64,000 nucleotides of DNA from a bacterium (GCA_963651465.1 CAVJPS010000010.1:52793-116792); one strand, 5' to 3'; positions 1-9,512 are shown, numbered from the stretch's first letter. Notes: generated from the sequence alone by a model not told the origin. Translations and numbers: made by a program.

Positions 1-46
1 TTGCGATAGCAATATCGTACCGGTTCAATTCCGGTCCCGGGCACCA
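1..46 (+). tRNA. 3' portion of a class-II (long variable arm) tRNA; window starts inside the gene
   Basis: Variable-arm hairpin CGATA-GCAA-TATCG (4-18). T-arm ACCGG/TTCAATT/CCGGT (19-35). Acceptor 3' strand CCCGGGC, discriminator A, encoded CCA (44-46). Confidence 0.6.
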
Positions 47-59
47 TTTAATTAAAAAT

Positions 60-101
60 AAGGTTTGATATGGTAGAAATACTAATTCAAACCTTTTTTT
101 G
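60..101 (+). terminator. Rho-independent terminator after the tRNA
   Basis: Stem AGGTTTGA / TCAAACCT followed by a T7 run (95-101). Confidence 0.45.
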
Positions 102-418
102 TACTTAAAACAACTTTATTTTTTAATATTTTATCGTATTTTTAATGGCTTACTAAATCAATTGATGTAGAAACTATAAGAAAATTAATGAATTTCACAA
201 TGAGGTCATCTAACATATAGAATGTACGTGCAATAAAAAAGCAAATAAGACACTGAAAAAACAATTGTATTGAAATAGATAAAATATCTCTTGTAAGCCA
301 ACATAATTTTTAAATATGCCAAAATGACACAAATAATAAAAAACAAAAAATGTCAAAATGGCATAAACGTCTTGTAAAATATATGCCATTATAGCGTAAT
401 AATTATGAGGTGGTAGAA

Positions 419-696
419 ATGACACTAAAACAATTACGAACAGCTAAAGGATTAACCATTAACGAATGTACCAAATTTTTGGGCGTTCCCACTAGGACTT
501 ATATTCCGATGAAAGTAAGTCCAATACAATTAAATATAGGTTTATGGTTGAAAAATTGAGCGAATACGGATTTATTGACGAGGAACTAAGAGAAGAATTA
601 AAGAAAAAAGTCGATTTACTTGATGTCCTTCAGCTTAATAACAACCAAAAATTACTTCAAGAAATATTAAAGGACGGAATAAAGATTTATGGATAG
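419..696 (+). pseudogene. Frameshifted XRE/Cro-CI family HTH regulator (two fused reading frames, about 95 aa if repaired)
   Basis: Good RBS GAGGTGG 7 nt before ATG at 419. N-terminal frame reads MTLKQLRTAKGLTINECTKFLGVPTRTY (classic XRE HTH) then stops. The +1 frame continues ...YSDESKSNTIKYRFMVEKLSEYGFIDEELREELKKKVDLLDVLQ... to TAG at 694-696. A single indel near 500-510 joins the two frames. Confidence 0.45.
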
Positions 697-1250
697 GATA
701 AAAGATGACGCCTTTGTCCTGTTATGTCTTACCTGAAATTAGGATTCACTCCTAAATTTTTATATTATATTAACCCTACTTAATATAAAAGCAATAGAAA
801 CTTCTGCTAGGGAAGAATCAGTTTTATATGTCAAAATTTTATACATTACATTTATAACAGGGATTTTAATGATAATTGACCTCATTTCCACATTTAAATT
901 AAAAAATAACTATCAACAAATTGATATCTAGATAACTAATAAAAAGTTTCTAAAAAAATATATATAGAAAGAAATGGCTCAAATAAAAATAATAATTGAA
1001 AAATTATAAAGCATCTTTTTTCTTTTAATTTGATAAAAAAGATGTAATTTCGTTACGCATTCTGAATCATAATAGTTCATCATTGTTATTTAAATATTAA
1101 GAGGAGCAAAAATGCTCGTTTTTTTTCATTCATTAAGAATTTAAAATGCATTTAAGTAAATTACTGTTATAGTATATAAATATAACTATGAATAATTTTA
1201 TTTAAAAATTATTTTAAAATATGCAATAATATAAAAGAGGTAAAAAAAGT

Positions 1251-2459
1251 ATGAAAAAGAAATTATTAATTATCCCCCTATTAGTTAACTGTTTCGTTGC
1301 TACTGAATTACTAACATCTTGTAAGAAAAACTCTATTTACACAGACTCAAATGTTATTATTTCAGAAGTTTTAGAAGGTGCTTCTAATAATAAAGCTATT
1401 GAACTTTATAACTTATCAGACAATGATGTTGATTTAAGCGAATACAAAGTTAGTATCTTTGTTAAAAGTGGTAAAACATATGACATTGAGCTTTCTGGTA
1501 CATTAGGCGCTAAGAAAACATATGTTATTGCAAGTAGTAAGTCTACTGAAGATGTTACAAGCAAAGCTAATTTACTTTCAGAAAATTGTAATTTTATCGG
1601 TAATCAACCTATTAGACTTTATAAAGAAAATAAATTAATGGATATTACTGGTAAAGATGAAACTAACTTAGTTACATACAATAAAGATTGTACATTAGTA
1701 AGAAAAACAAATTATTTAAAAGGTCGTTCAACTTATGAACCATACGAATGGTTATTCTACAGTGCTGATGTAACTACTTATTTAGGTAATGTTGATAACT
1801 CAGTTACTGAAGAAGAACTTTTAGCTGGTCCACAAATTGCTGAAGAATATATTGGTATTGCGTATGGTAAATATACAAGTGATAATACTCCAATTACTTT
1901 AGGAACCGAAGTCGAATTAGGTGCTGTATGTGGCAATGGTGGATTAGTTGACGTTACTCTTTCTAATGGTGTTGACGGAGATACAGCAGTATTTAGATTT
2001 CCATCGGATTTTAAAAAGACTTATCCTTCATCTAGTAATAAAGTAAGATTTCAAGGCATCGATACTCGTGAATCATATACTGGCAACATTCAAGAATTTG
2101 GTATTCCTGCAAAATTCTTTACTACAAACATTTTAGAAAACGCAACTGACTTAAAAATACAATCTTCAGTAAATGGATCAATTTCTGAAAACTATGGTCG
2201 TTATTTAGGCTGGGTTTGGGCAGATGGAACACTTGTTAACTGGAAAGTATGTCAACGTGGTTATAGTGATCAAGCATTTGAAGGTGTTGATACAATGTAC
2301 TATAAAGGTTTAACATATGCTTCTTGGTTGTTAGATGCTGTTAACTATGCAAAATTTAATAAAAAAGGTATTTGGGGAGAAAAGGATCCTTACTGGGATT
2401 ACAATACTGCAAAATCAACATATACTGGTGAAACATTATCTCCTGAAGAATATGAATAG
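1251..2459 (+). CDS. Surface lipoprotein nuclease: lamin-tail domain (LTD) plus staphylococcal-nuclease-like (SNase/thermonuclease) domain
   Basis: RBS AGAGGT. Signal peptide with lipobox LLTSC. LTD-like N-terminal segment (ISEVLEG..NKAIELYNLSDNDVDLSEYKV). C-terminal SNase motifs (GIDTRE; GRYLGWVWADGTLVNWKVCQRGYS). Confidence 0.8.
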   Translation: MKKKLLIIPLLVNCFVATELLTSCKKNSIYTDSNVIISEVLEGASNNKAIELYNLSDNDVDLSEYKVSIFVKSGKTYDIELSGTLGAKKTYVIASSKSTEDVTSKANLLSENCNFIGNQPIRLYKENKLMDITGKDETNLVTYNKDCTLVRKTNYLKGRSTYEPYEWLFYSADVTTYLGNVDNSVTEEELLAGPQIAEEYIGIAYGKYTSDNTPITLGTEVELGAVCGNGGLVDVTLSNGVDGDTAVFRFPSDFKKTYPSSSNKVRFQGIDTRESYTGNIQEFGIPAKFFTTNILENATDLKIQSSVNGSISENYGRYLGWVWADGTLVNWKVCQRGYSDQAFEGVDTMYYKGLTYASWLLDAVNYAKFNKKGIWGEKDPYWDYNTAKSTYTGETLSPEEYE

Positions 2460-2509
2460 TATTTTAAAAAAATTGTGTTATAATTAATCTTGCTTTTAGA
2501 GGTATTACT

Positions 2510-2761
2510 ATGGAACAAGAATTAACAATTGAAGAACAAATTGAAAACGTATTAGATAAAATTAGACCATTTATCCGTCGTGATGGTGGCGATGTCATCT
2601 TTGATAGCTTTGAAGATGGTATTGTTTACATTAACATGCTTGGTGCATGTAGTGACTGTAACTTAATTGATAATACAGTTTCAGAAGGTATTGAAATTAT
2701 TTTAATGGAAGAAGTCCCTGGTATATTAGGTGTTAAACTTGCTTCAGAAAAAAATAAATAA
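2510..2761 (+). CDS. NifU-like (Nfu-type) Fe-S cluster scaffold domain protein
   Basis: Motif ...IRPFIRRDGGDV...GACSDC... conserved in the NifU C-terminal domain. Extended -10 TGTGTTATAAT upstream, RBS AGAGGT. Confidence 0.8.
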   Translation: MEQELTIEEQIENVLDKIRPFIRRDGGDVIFDSFEDGIVYINMLGACSDCNLIDNTVSEGIEIILMEEVPGILGVKLASEKNK

Positions 2762-2763
2762 GC

Positions 2764-2799
2764 ATAAAAAAAGTGACTTTGTAAGTCACTTTTTGTTTT
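2764..2799. terminator. Bidirectional intrinsic terminator between the NifU-like gene and the IMPase gene
   Basis: Hairpin AAGTGACTT-TGTA-AGTCACTT flanked by A-run and T-run. Confidence 0.6.
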
Positions 2800-2800
2800 G

Positions 2801-3577
2801 CTATAATTTGTTTTCAACTCGATTAAGAATGAAATAACCTTCACGGTTATAAACATCTTTTCTATTATATGTAAGTGGTTCACCATTTGGTTTAATAAAT
2901 AGGCCACCAGCCTCTTCAACAACACATTGTGATGCAGCTGTATCCCATTCTTTAGTCCCATTTGTAAATCGGACTGAGATTTCAGCAAGTCCACTTGCAA
3001 TTCGGCATGCCTTAATTGCACTACCATATCTTTCTACATTTGTAATTTTGTCACCATGTTCTTTAATATAATCTTTTTCGTTATCAGTAACATGGAAACG
3101 TGAAGTTAAAAATGTTAAATTACTTGTTCTATCATTAACGTGTATTTTTGTAATTTCTCCATTAGGGTACAAATGGTAAGCACCATTTCCTTTTGAAGCA
3201 TAATAAATATCGCCAGTTGTTGGAATTGATACTACTCCAACAACAACATTGCCTTTATATGCTAAGCCAATGTTAGTAGTAAATTCTCCGTCTTTAGCAA
3301 CAAAATCTTTTGTTCCGTCAACAGGATCAACAATCCATAAATAATCATTATTTAAACGTTCAAAATTATCTTCTGATTCTTCAGTAAGAAGTGCGTAATC
3401 TTTAAAATGTTCTTTTAAATATTTTCTAATTACAGCATCAGCGCCTTTATCAGCAGCAGTAACAGGTGAATTATCGTCTTTAATTTCAACATCAAAACTT
3501 GTGTTATAAATTTCCATAATACCTGGAATTGCTAATTTTGCAGCTTCAATAGCTACTTGTAATTCTTTTTCCCACAT
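2801..3577 (-). CDS. suhB: Inositol monophosphatase family protein
   Basis: WIVDPVDGTKDFV metal-binding motif of the IMPase/FIG superfamily; 258 aa. Confidence 0.8.
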   Translation of the reverse strand: MWEKELQVAIEAAKLAIPGIMEIYNTSFDVEIKDDNSPVTAADKGADAVIRKYLKEHFKDYALLTEESEDNFERLNNDYLWIVDPVDGTKDFVAKDGEFTTNIGLAYKGNVVVGVVSIPTTGDIYYASKGNGAYHLYPNGEITKIHVNDRTSNLTFLTSRFHVTDNEKDYIKEHGDKITNVERYGSAIKACRIASGLAEISVRFTNGTKEWDTAASQCVVEEAGGLFIKPNGEPLTYNRKDVYNREGYFILNRVENKL

Positions 3578-3580
3578 ATA

Positions 3581-4528
3581 CTATTTTCCTTCCTGTACAA
3601 TTAAATCATCTAATTTTTGGATAATTTCATGTGCCATTTCTAACGATGATACGTTACATCCTGCAGCACATAAATGTCCTCCACCACCATATTGAACAGC
3701 GATTTGTTGAACATTGATACCACCAGAACGATATTCAACAAATGTTTTTCCATCTTCTTCTTCGCCAAAGAAAACCCAAATTGGACAGTCTTTAACATTA
3801 GCTAATAAATTAACTAATACAGCAGTGTGGTGTCCAGAATATCCAAAGCTCTTACATGTTTCTTTATCAAAAATACAGTAGATAACTCCATGTTCAGATT
3901 TTTGATAATGGCTATAAACATATCCTTTAAAACGTAAAGAAGCTTCATCGGCAACATATAAACGATCATATATTCTCTTCATTTCAATACCAAACGAAGA
4001 TAAATAGCCACACATTTCAAATGTGTTTTTGGTAATTGGTTGATATTGGAAACGTCCACTATCAGTAACAATACCCATATAAAGTGATGATGCTCCAATT
4101 AAATTAAGTTTCATGTTGTTTTCAATAATAAACTTAGTAATAATTTCACTCGCAGCAATCATTTCAGTTTCTATAATTCGAACTGAACCGAATGGTTCTG
4201 AAATAATGTGGTGATCAATCATACATAAATCTAAGCCATTTCCAATACGTTGATCTTCAGATCTTGTAATAATGTTAAAATCAACACCAATACATAATGA
4301 ATTAGCAATAATTTCATCGCCAACTTCATCCATTGGTCCAAATAAATCAACACCAGGTTTAAAGCCACTTCCGACAGCATAAACTTTTTTATTTGGGAAA
4401 GTTTCTTTAATTGCTTCACGTAATCCAACTTGTGAGCCATAGCAGTCACCGTCAGGGTTTAAGTGACCAAATATAACTATTGAATCATATTCTTCAATTT
4501 TCTTAAATAATTCCTTACTATTCTTCAT
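3581..4528 (-). CDS. nrnA: DHH/DHHA1 phosphoesterase, bifunctional oligoribonuclease / pAp phosphatase NrnA
   Basis: N-terminal FGHLNPDGDCYGS, internal DHH, C-terminal GGGGH (DHHA1). 315 aa. Confidence 0.8.
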   Translation of the reverse strand: MKNSKELFKKIEEYDSIVIFGHLNPDGDCYGSQVGLREAIKETFPNKKVYAVGSGFKPGVDLFGPMDEVGDEIIANSLCIGVDFNIITRSEDQRIGNGLDLCMIDHHIISEPFGSVRIIETEMIAASEIITKFIIENNMKLNLIGASSLYMGIVTDSGRFQYQPITKNTFEMCGYLSSFGIEMKRIYDRLYVADEASLRFKGYVYSHYQKSEHGVIYCIFDKETCKSFGYSGHHTAVLVNLLANVKDCPIWVFFGEEEDGKTFVEYRSGGINVQQIAVQYGGGGHLCAAGCNVSSLEMAHEIIQKLDDLIVQEGK

Positions 4529-4581
4529 AATCTTAACTCCTATCCAATATATTCTACCATATATGAGAATTGTTTAATAAT

Positions 4582-4608
4582 AAAAAAACTCCACTTTTGT
4601 GGAGTTTA
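4582..4608 (-). terminator. Intrinsic terminator downstream of fba
   Basis: AAACTCCAC-TTTT-GTGGAGTTT hairpin with a T-run on the minus strand. Confidence 0.6.
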
Positions 4609-4622
4609 ATGCTTTCTTTTTA

Positions 4623-5492
4623 CTATTCAGCTTTACCGACAGAACCAAACATTTCCATTTTGATTTTGACGATTTCTTTAATGCCTTCTGTGCCAGGAGC
4701 AAGTAATTTACGTGGATCGAAACCTTTACCTTCTAAATCTTTACCAGCTTCAATGTATTTACGTGTAGCTTCAGCAAAGTATAATTGGCATTCTGTATTA
4801 ACGTTAATTTTGCAAACACCTAAAGAAATAGCTTTTTTAATCATATCTTCAGGAATTCCAGTACCACCATGTAAAACTAATGGCATAGTGCCACATTCGC
4901 CTTTAATAGCTTCTAATGCTTCAAAGTCAAGTCCTTGCCAGTTAGCAGGATATTTACCGTGAATATTACCAATACCAGCAGCTAAAATATCGATGCCTAA
5001 ATCAGCAATCATTTTACATTGTTTTGGATCAGCAACTTCACCACGGCCAATAACGCCGTCTTCTTCGCCACCAATTGAGCCAACTTCAGCTTCAACTGTA
5101 GCACCCATTGAATGAGCTAAAGCAACGATTTCTTTAGTCTTTTCAATGTTTTCTTCGATTGAATAATGTGAACCATCAAACATAACTGAAGAGAAACCAG
5201 CTTCTAAAGCCTTTTTAGCTCCTTCATATGTACCATGGTCTAAATGTAATGCGACAGGAACTGTAATGTTTAAAGTTTCAATCATTGCTTTAACCATAGC
5301 AACAACAACTTTATAGCCTGTCATATACTTTGCAGCACCTTCAGAAACACCTAATAAAACTGGTGAATTTAATTCTTGTGCTGTTAATAAGATAGCTTTA
5401 GTCCATTCAAGATTGTTAATATTGAAAGCACCAACAGCGTAATGGCCTTCACGAGCCTTTTGCATCATTTCTTTTGCATTTACTAAACCCAT
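4623..5492 (-). CDS. fba: Class II fructose-1,6-bisphosphate aldolase
   Basis: HLDHG zinc ligands, GFSSVMFDGSH, 289 aa. Typical FbaA. Confidence 0.9.
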   Translation of the reverse strand: MGLVNAKEMMQKAREGHYAVGAFNINNLEWTKAILLTAQELNSPVLLGVSEGAAKYMTGYKVVVAMVKAMIETLNITVPVALHLDHGTYEGAKKALEAGFSSVMFDGSHYSIEENIEKTKEIVALAHSMGATVEAEVGSIGGEEDGVIGRGEVADPKQCKMIADLGIDILAAGIGNIHGKYPANWQGLDFEALEAIKGECGTMPLVLHGGTGIPEDMIKKAISLGVCKINVNTECQLYFAEATRKYIEAGKDLEGKGFDPRKLLAPGTEGIKEIVKIKMEMFGSVGKAE

Positions 5493-5510
5493 ATTTATAT
5501 CCCCCTTAGA

Positions 5511-5903
5511 TTAGTAATCTTCTTCCTCTGATTCTTTATCTTCATCAGACTCTTCATCATTTTCTAAAGAATCAACATCGTCACCGCTAATTTGTTTTTC
5601 ATAGTCTAATTCTTCTTGATCTAAATCAGCTTCGTCGATTTCTTCAACATCTTTATAAACATCATTCATATCAATGTGAACTTCTTCAAATTTCTTATGG
5701 CTACGTAAGTCCCATTCGTTTTCACCGACAGTAACGAAACGACCGTCAAGTGATAAGTTTGTATAGAAGCGTCCTAATTCTCTTGCTTCAGTTTCAGCAT
5801 CCATATTAGTTACTTCTTTAATTTTGTCCCAAATTTCTTTAAATGGAACTTTAGTATTTCTTTCTTTAACAAATTCGTATGCAATTTCAATATTTGATTT
5901 CAT
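5511..5903 (-). CDS. rpoE: DNA-directed RNA polymerase delta subunit
   Basis: N-terminal HARE-HTH-like segment followed by a long Asp/Glu-rich tail, characteristic of Firmicutes RpoE. 130 aa. Confidence 0.7.
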   Translation of the reverse strand: MKSNIEIAYEFVKERNTKVPFKEIWDKIKEVTNMDAETEARELGRFYTNLSLDGRFVTVGENEWDLRSHKKFEEVHIDMNDVYKDVEEIDEADLDQEELDYEKQISGDDVDSLENDEESDEDKESEEEDY

Positions 5904-5918
5904 TGTTTATTCCTCCAA

Positions 5919-7544
5919 TTACATTTTTTCAGGTGCCGATACACCAATCAAATCTAAAGCATTTTTCATAACAATCATACTAGCTTTTGCAAGACCAAGT
6001 CTAGCAGCAGTTAAAGCAAGATTGTCTCTATCTAATAAACGGCATTCTGTATAGAACCCATGAATTAGTGAAGCGAGTTTTTGAATATATGTAGTTAATT
6101 TATAAGGAGATCTAGTTACAGCAGCATCTAATACTTCTTTAGAGAAGTCACTTAAGTGCTTCATTAAATCAATCTCTTTTGGATGATTTAATCCATTACC
6201 AGTTGAATCTATTTCAATGTCTTGTGCATTTGATAAAACATTAAATAAACGAGCGTATGCATATTGAGCATAATATACAGGGTTTGCACTAGATGTCTCT
6301 TTTGCTAAATCTAAGTTAAAATCTAAATGTCCGGATGCAGCTTTAGATACAAAGAAATATCTTACAGCGTCAACACCAACTTCTTCACATAATTCACGCA
6401 TTGCAATAGCATTACCAGTTCTCTTTGACATCTTATATTCTTCACCGTTTTTAAATAAACGGACCATTTGAATTAACTCAACATCTAAGATATCACGAGG
6501 ATAACCAAACATTTGTAATGATGATTTCATACGATCAATGTATCCGTGGTGGTCAGCGCCAAGAACATCAATAAGTTTAACAAATCCACGATCTAACTTA
6601 TTAAGGTGATATGCAATATCAGGTAATAAGTAAGTGTAGTTACCATCACTTTTAATAATGACACGATCTTTATCATCTTTAAAAGCAGTAGTTTTTAAGA
6701 AAGTAGCTCCTTCATTTTCATAAATATAATCTTTAGCACCTTCTAAAACTCTTTCTACGCCTTTATTAGCACGAACAACAGTTTCATAAGAGAAAACATC
6801 AAATGATACTCTAAAATCTTTTAAGTCATCTTTTAATTTATTAAGTTCGAGTTCAGCGCCTCTTCTTTTAAAGTAAGTTTCAGATTCTTCTGAATCAACT
6901 AAATATTTGTCGCCAACTTCTTCTTTCATAAGTTCAGCAACTTTAATTAAGTCTGGTGCGTGATAGCCATCTTCTGGTAATTCGACATTGTCACCAAATA
7001 ATTGATGATAACGTGCACGAATTGATTTGCCTAAAACTGTAATTTGGTTACCAGCATCATTAACGTAATATTCACGAGTGACATCGTAACCTACTTTATC
7101 ATACATTCGGCAAATGCAATCACCGATTGCAGCACCTCTAGCATGACCTAAGTGTAAGTCACCAGTTGGGTTAGCTGACACGAATTCGACATTAATTTTT
7201 TCTTTATTGCCAAATGTGTTATCACCAAAATGTTCTTTTTCAGTAAGAATCTTTTCAATGATTGTATTAACTGCATCAGATTTAACAAAGAAATTAATAA
7301 ATCCTGGGCCAGCAATTTCAACTTTATTAAAATCACTCTTATCAAGTAATTCTATTAATTGATTAGCAATTGCAACAGGTGCTTTTTTTAATGTGCGAGC
7401 AAGTTGCATAGCAACGTTTGTAGCATAGTCACCATGTGCTTTATCTTTTGAACGTTCAATAACAATACTAGAAGTCTCAAGGCTTACATTCATCTTTTCT
7501 AAAGCTTCTTTTATCGTCAATTTTAATTTTTCTTCAATTAACAT
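5919..7544 (-). CDS. argS: Arginine--tRNA ligase
   Basis: HLGHARGAAIGD (HIGH) and KMSKRTG (KMSKS) motifs. 541 aa. Confidence 0.9.
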   Translation of the reverse strand: MLIEEKLKLTIKEALEKMNVSLETSSIVIERSKDKAHGDYATNVAMQLARTLKKAPVAIANQLIELLDKSDFNKVEIAGPGFINFFVKSDAVNTIIEKILTEKEHFGDNTFGNKEKINVEFVSANPTGDLHLGHARGAAIGDCICRMYDKVGYDVTREYYVNDAGNQITVLGKSIRARYHQLFGDNVELPEDGYHAPDLIKVAELMKEEVGDKYLVDSEESETYFKRRGAELELNKLKDDLKDFRVSFDVFSYETVVRANKGVERVLEGAKDYIYENEGATFLKTTAFKDDKDRVIIKSDGNYTYLLPDIAYHLNKLDRGFVKLIDVLGADHHGYIDRMKSSLQMFGYPRDILDVELIQMVRLFKNGEEYKMSKRTGNAIAMRELCEEVGVDAVRYFFVSKAASGHLDFNLDLAKETSSANPVYYAQYAYARLFNVLSNAQDIEIDSTGNGLNHPKEIDLMKHLSDFSKEVLDAAVTRSPYKLTTYIQKLASLIHGFYTECRLLDRDNLALTAARLGLAKASMIVMKNALDLIGVSAPEKM

Positions 7545-7942
7545 TTTTTCACCTCAATTTCTAATGTATTGTGAGAAATAATTTTATCATTTGTGAATAT
7601 ATCATATTCAAATAAAATATCAAGTGATTTTTTAAAAAACTTTACTAATTTGAAATCTAGTTCAAGTGTACGTGATTTAAATAAATATTTACCATGTGTT
7701 AACTCGTCTAATTTAAGGTTAATCAGTGCTTCGTAATCACGTTGAGAAATTTTAATATTACATTCACTTTCATCAACAAATAATAATTTTATTGTAATAA
7801 GTTTGTCTTGGTTATCTACATAACTAATCGATAACATACTATCGGAGTCATCTAAAGAATATAGTTCACCATTAAATGTTTCACTTATCTTTTCGTCATT
7901 TATTTCTTGGGTTGAAGTAATAGTAACAAAAGTTTTTTCCAT
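7538..7942 (-). CDS. DUF1934 (YwiB-like) beta-barrel protein, overlaps the argS start by 7 nt
   Basis: Small acidic protein directly upstream of argS, as ywiB is in Bacillus. Start moved to the internal ATG at 7942, which has RBS GGTGA 6 nt upstream. The ORF-track N-terminus has no RBS. Confidence 0.55.
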   Translation of the reverse strand: MEKTFVTITSTQEINDEKISETFNGELYSLDDSDSMLSISYVDNQDKLITIKLLFVDESECNIKISQRDYEALINLKLDELTHGKYLFKSRTLELDFKLVKFFKKSLDILFEYDIFTNDKIISHNTLEIEVKKC

Positions 7943-8025
7943 AATTTCACCGTGTTTATTATAAAACATTTTATGTTTTATTAAAAGCAACTTATTAAAT
8001 TAGACTAAAGAAAGCGTTTTAAAAG

Positions 8026-8066
8026 ATAAAAAAAGCTGAAAAATACAATTTCAGCTTTGATTTTTT
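8026..8066. terminator. Bidirectional intrinsic terminator (downstream of gltX and the DUF1934-argS region)
   Basis: AAGCTGAAA...TTTCAGCTT hairpin flanked by A-run and T-run. Confidence 0.55.
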
Positions 8067-8067
8067 A

Positions 8068-9510
8068 CTATTTATTTAAACGAGCAATAGTTTCTTTTTT
8101 ACCTAATACACTAATAATATTAACCATTTCAGCACCATGCATCATACCAGTTAATTTAAGTCTAATAGGCATGTATAAGTTTTTGCCTTTTACACCTAAT
8201 GCTAATTGAACATTTTTGAAACATTGTTTTACTGTATCAGCATTGATATCATTTAATTTGTTTAATTCTTCTGCAAAAGTTTTAATAACGTTAGGCGTAG
8301 TATCTAAATTCATAACATCTAAAGCTTCTTGCTCAGTGAATTCTACTGGATTAATAATAGGACTAATTAATTCAACAATTTCTTGTCCGTATCTAATTTG
8401 TTCTTTAAATAAGTTAGCAAGTTTTAATATTTCAGCATCCGTTTTTGAATTAACATCAACTACTTTAGCAATAAATGGTTTAATGAATTTTAAATAGTCT
8501 TCTTCTGACAATGCTTTAATGTAATGAGCGTTAAACCACATTAATTTAACAGGATCAAACATAGAAGGAGATGAAGATAACTTGTTAGGATTAAAAGCCT
8601 TTACAGCTTCTGGTAATGTAAAGAATTCATTATCGTCGTCAGGAGTCCATCCTAATAAAAGAATAAAATTAACAATTGCTTCTTTAAGATAACCTAATTC
8701 ACGATATTGAGACATAAATTGTAAAATATTATTATCTCTTTTTGATAATTTCTTACCATCTTGGTTAACAATAATTGTCATATGTCCAAAGCGAGGAACT
8801 TGCCAGCCAAAATAATCATAAATAACAATTTGTTTTGGAGTATTAGATAAATGTTCTTCACCACGGAAAATGTGAGTCATTTCCATTAAATGATCATCAA
8901 CTACAACAGCAAAGTTATATGTAGGGATGCCATTTGATTTCATAATAACCCAGTCACCGATATCATTTGTATTAAACGAAACTTTGCCACGTACTAAATC
9001 ATCAAAAACAATTTCTTTATTTTTTGGCATTTTAATTCTAATACAAGGTTTACGACCTTCTTTTTCGTATTGCGAAATTTGTTCAGGTGTCAAATGTAAA
9101 CAGTGTCCGTCATATTTTGGAGCTGCAATACCTCTTTCAAGTTGAGCATCACGAGATGCTTGTAATTCATCTTCGTTACAGTAGCAATAATAGGCATAAC
9201 CTTTATCAACTAATTCTTGAGCATATTTATGATAAATATCTAATCTTTCCATTTGACGATATGGAGCATATTTAGGATTTGGAATTGCTGGAGATTCATC
9301 AGGTTCAATACCTAACCATAATAAATCATTAAGTTGACTTTCTTCTCCACCAGCAACATTTCTTTCAATATCGGTATCTTCAATTCTAAATACTAATTCT
9401 CCACCAAAGTGCTTAGCATATAAATAATTAAATAGTGCTGATCTTGCACCACCTATATGAAGAAATCCTGTAGGTGATGGAGCGTATCTTACTCTTATTT
9501 TTTCAGCCAT
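8068..9510 (-). CDS. gltX: Glutamate--tRNA ligase
   Basis: PSPTGFLHIGGARSALFNYL (HIGH) and KLSKR motifs. 480 aa. Confidence 0.9.
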   Translation of the reverse strand: MAEKIRVRYAPSPTGFLHIGGARSALFNYLYAKHFGGELVFRIEDTDIERNVAGGEESQLNDLLWLGIEPDESPAIPNPKYAPYRQMERLDIYHKYAQELVDKGYAYYCYCNEDELQASRDAQLERGIAAPKYDGHCLHLTPEQISQYEKEGRKPCIRIKMPKNKEIVFDDLVRGKVSFNTNDIGDWVIMKSNGIPTYNFAVVVDDHLMEMTHIFRGEEHLSNTPKQIVIYDYFGWQVPRFGHMTIIVNQDGKKLSKRDNNILQFMSQYRELGYLKEAIVNFILLLGWTPDDDNEFFTLPEAVKAFNPNKLSSSPSMFDPVKLMWFNAHYIKALSEEDYLKFIKPFIAKVVDVNSKTDAEILKLANLFKEQIRYGQEIVELISPIINPVEFTEQEALDVMNLDTTPNVIKTFAEELNKLNDINADTVKQCFKNVQLALGVKGKNLYMPIRLKLTGMMHGAEMVNIISVLGKKETIARLNK

Positions 9511-9512
9511 AA

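Noticed and set aside
210-425. 71-aa minus-strand ORF near the window start
   Set aside because: Low-complexity AT-rich translation (FYLFQYNCFF...) with no RBS. It overlaps the promoter/operator region of the XRE pseudogene.
2626-3027. 133-aa minus-strand ORF overlapping the NifU-like and IMPase genes
   Set aside because: It overlaps two well-supported genes on both strands and shows no motif or RBS. Shadow ORF.
4231-4962. ORFs 4231-4449(-) and 4570-4962(+)
   Set aside because: Shadow ORFs within or antisense to nrnA and fba. No SD. Composition typical of out-of-frame translation.
7943-8067. T-box leader upstream of the DUF1934-argS or gltX operons
   Set aside because: The available leader is under 90 nt, lacks the T-box sequence AATTAGGGTGGNACCGCG, and consists mostly of a terminator hairpin.
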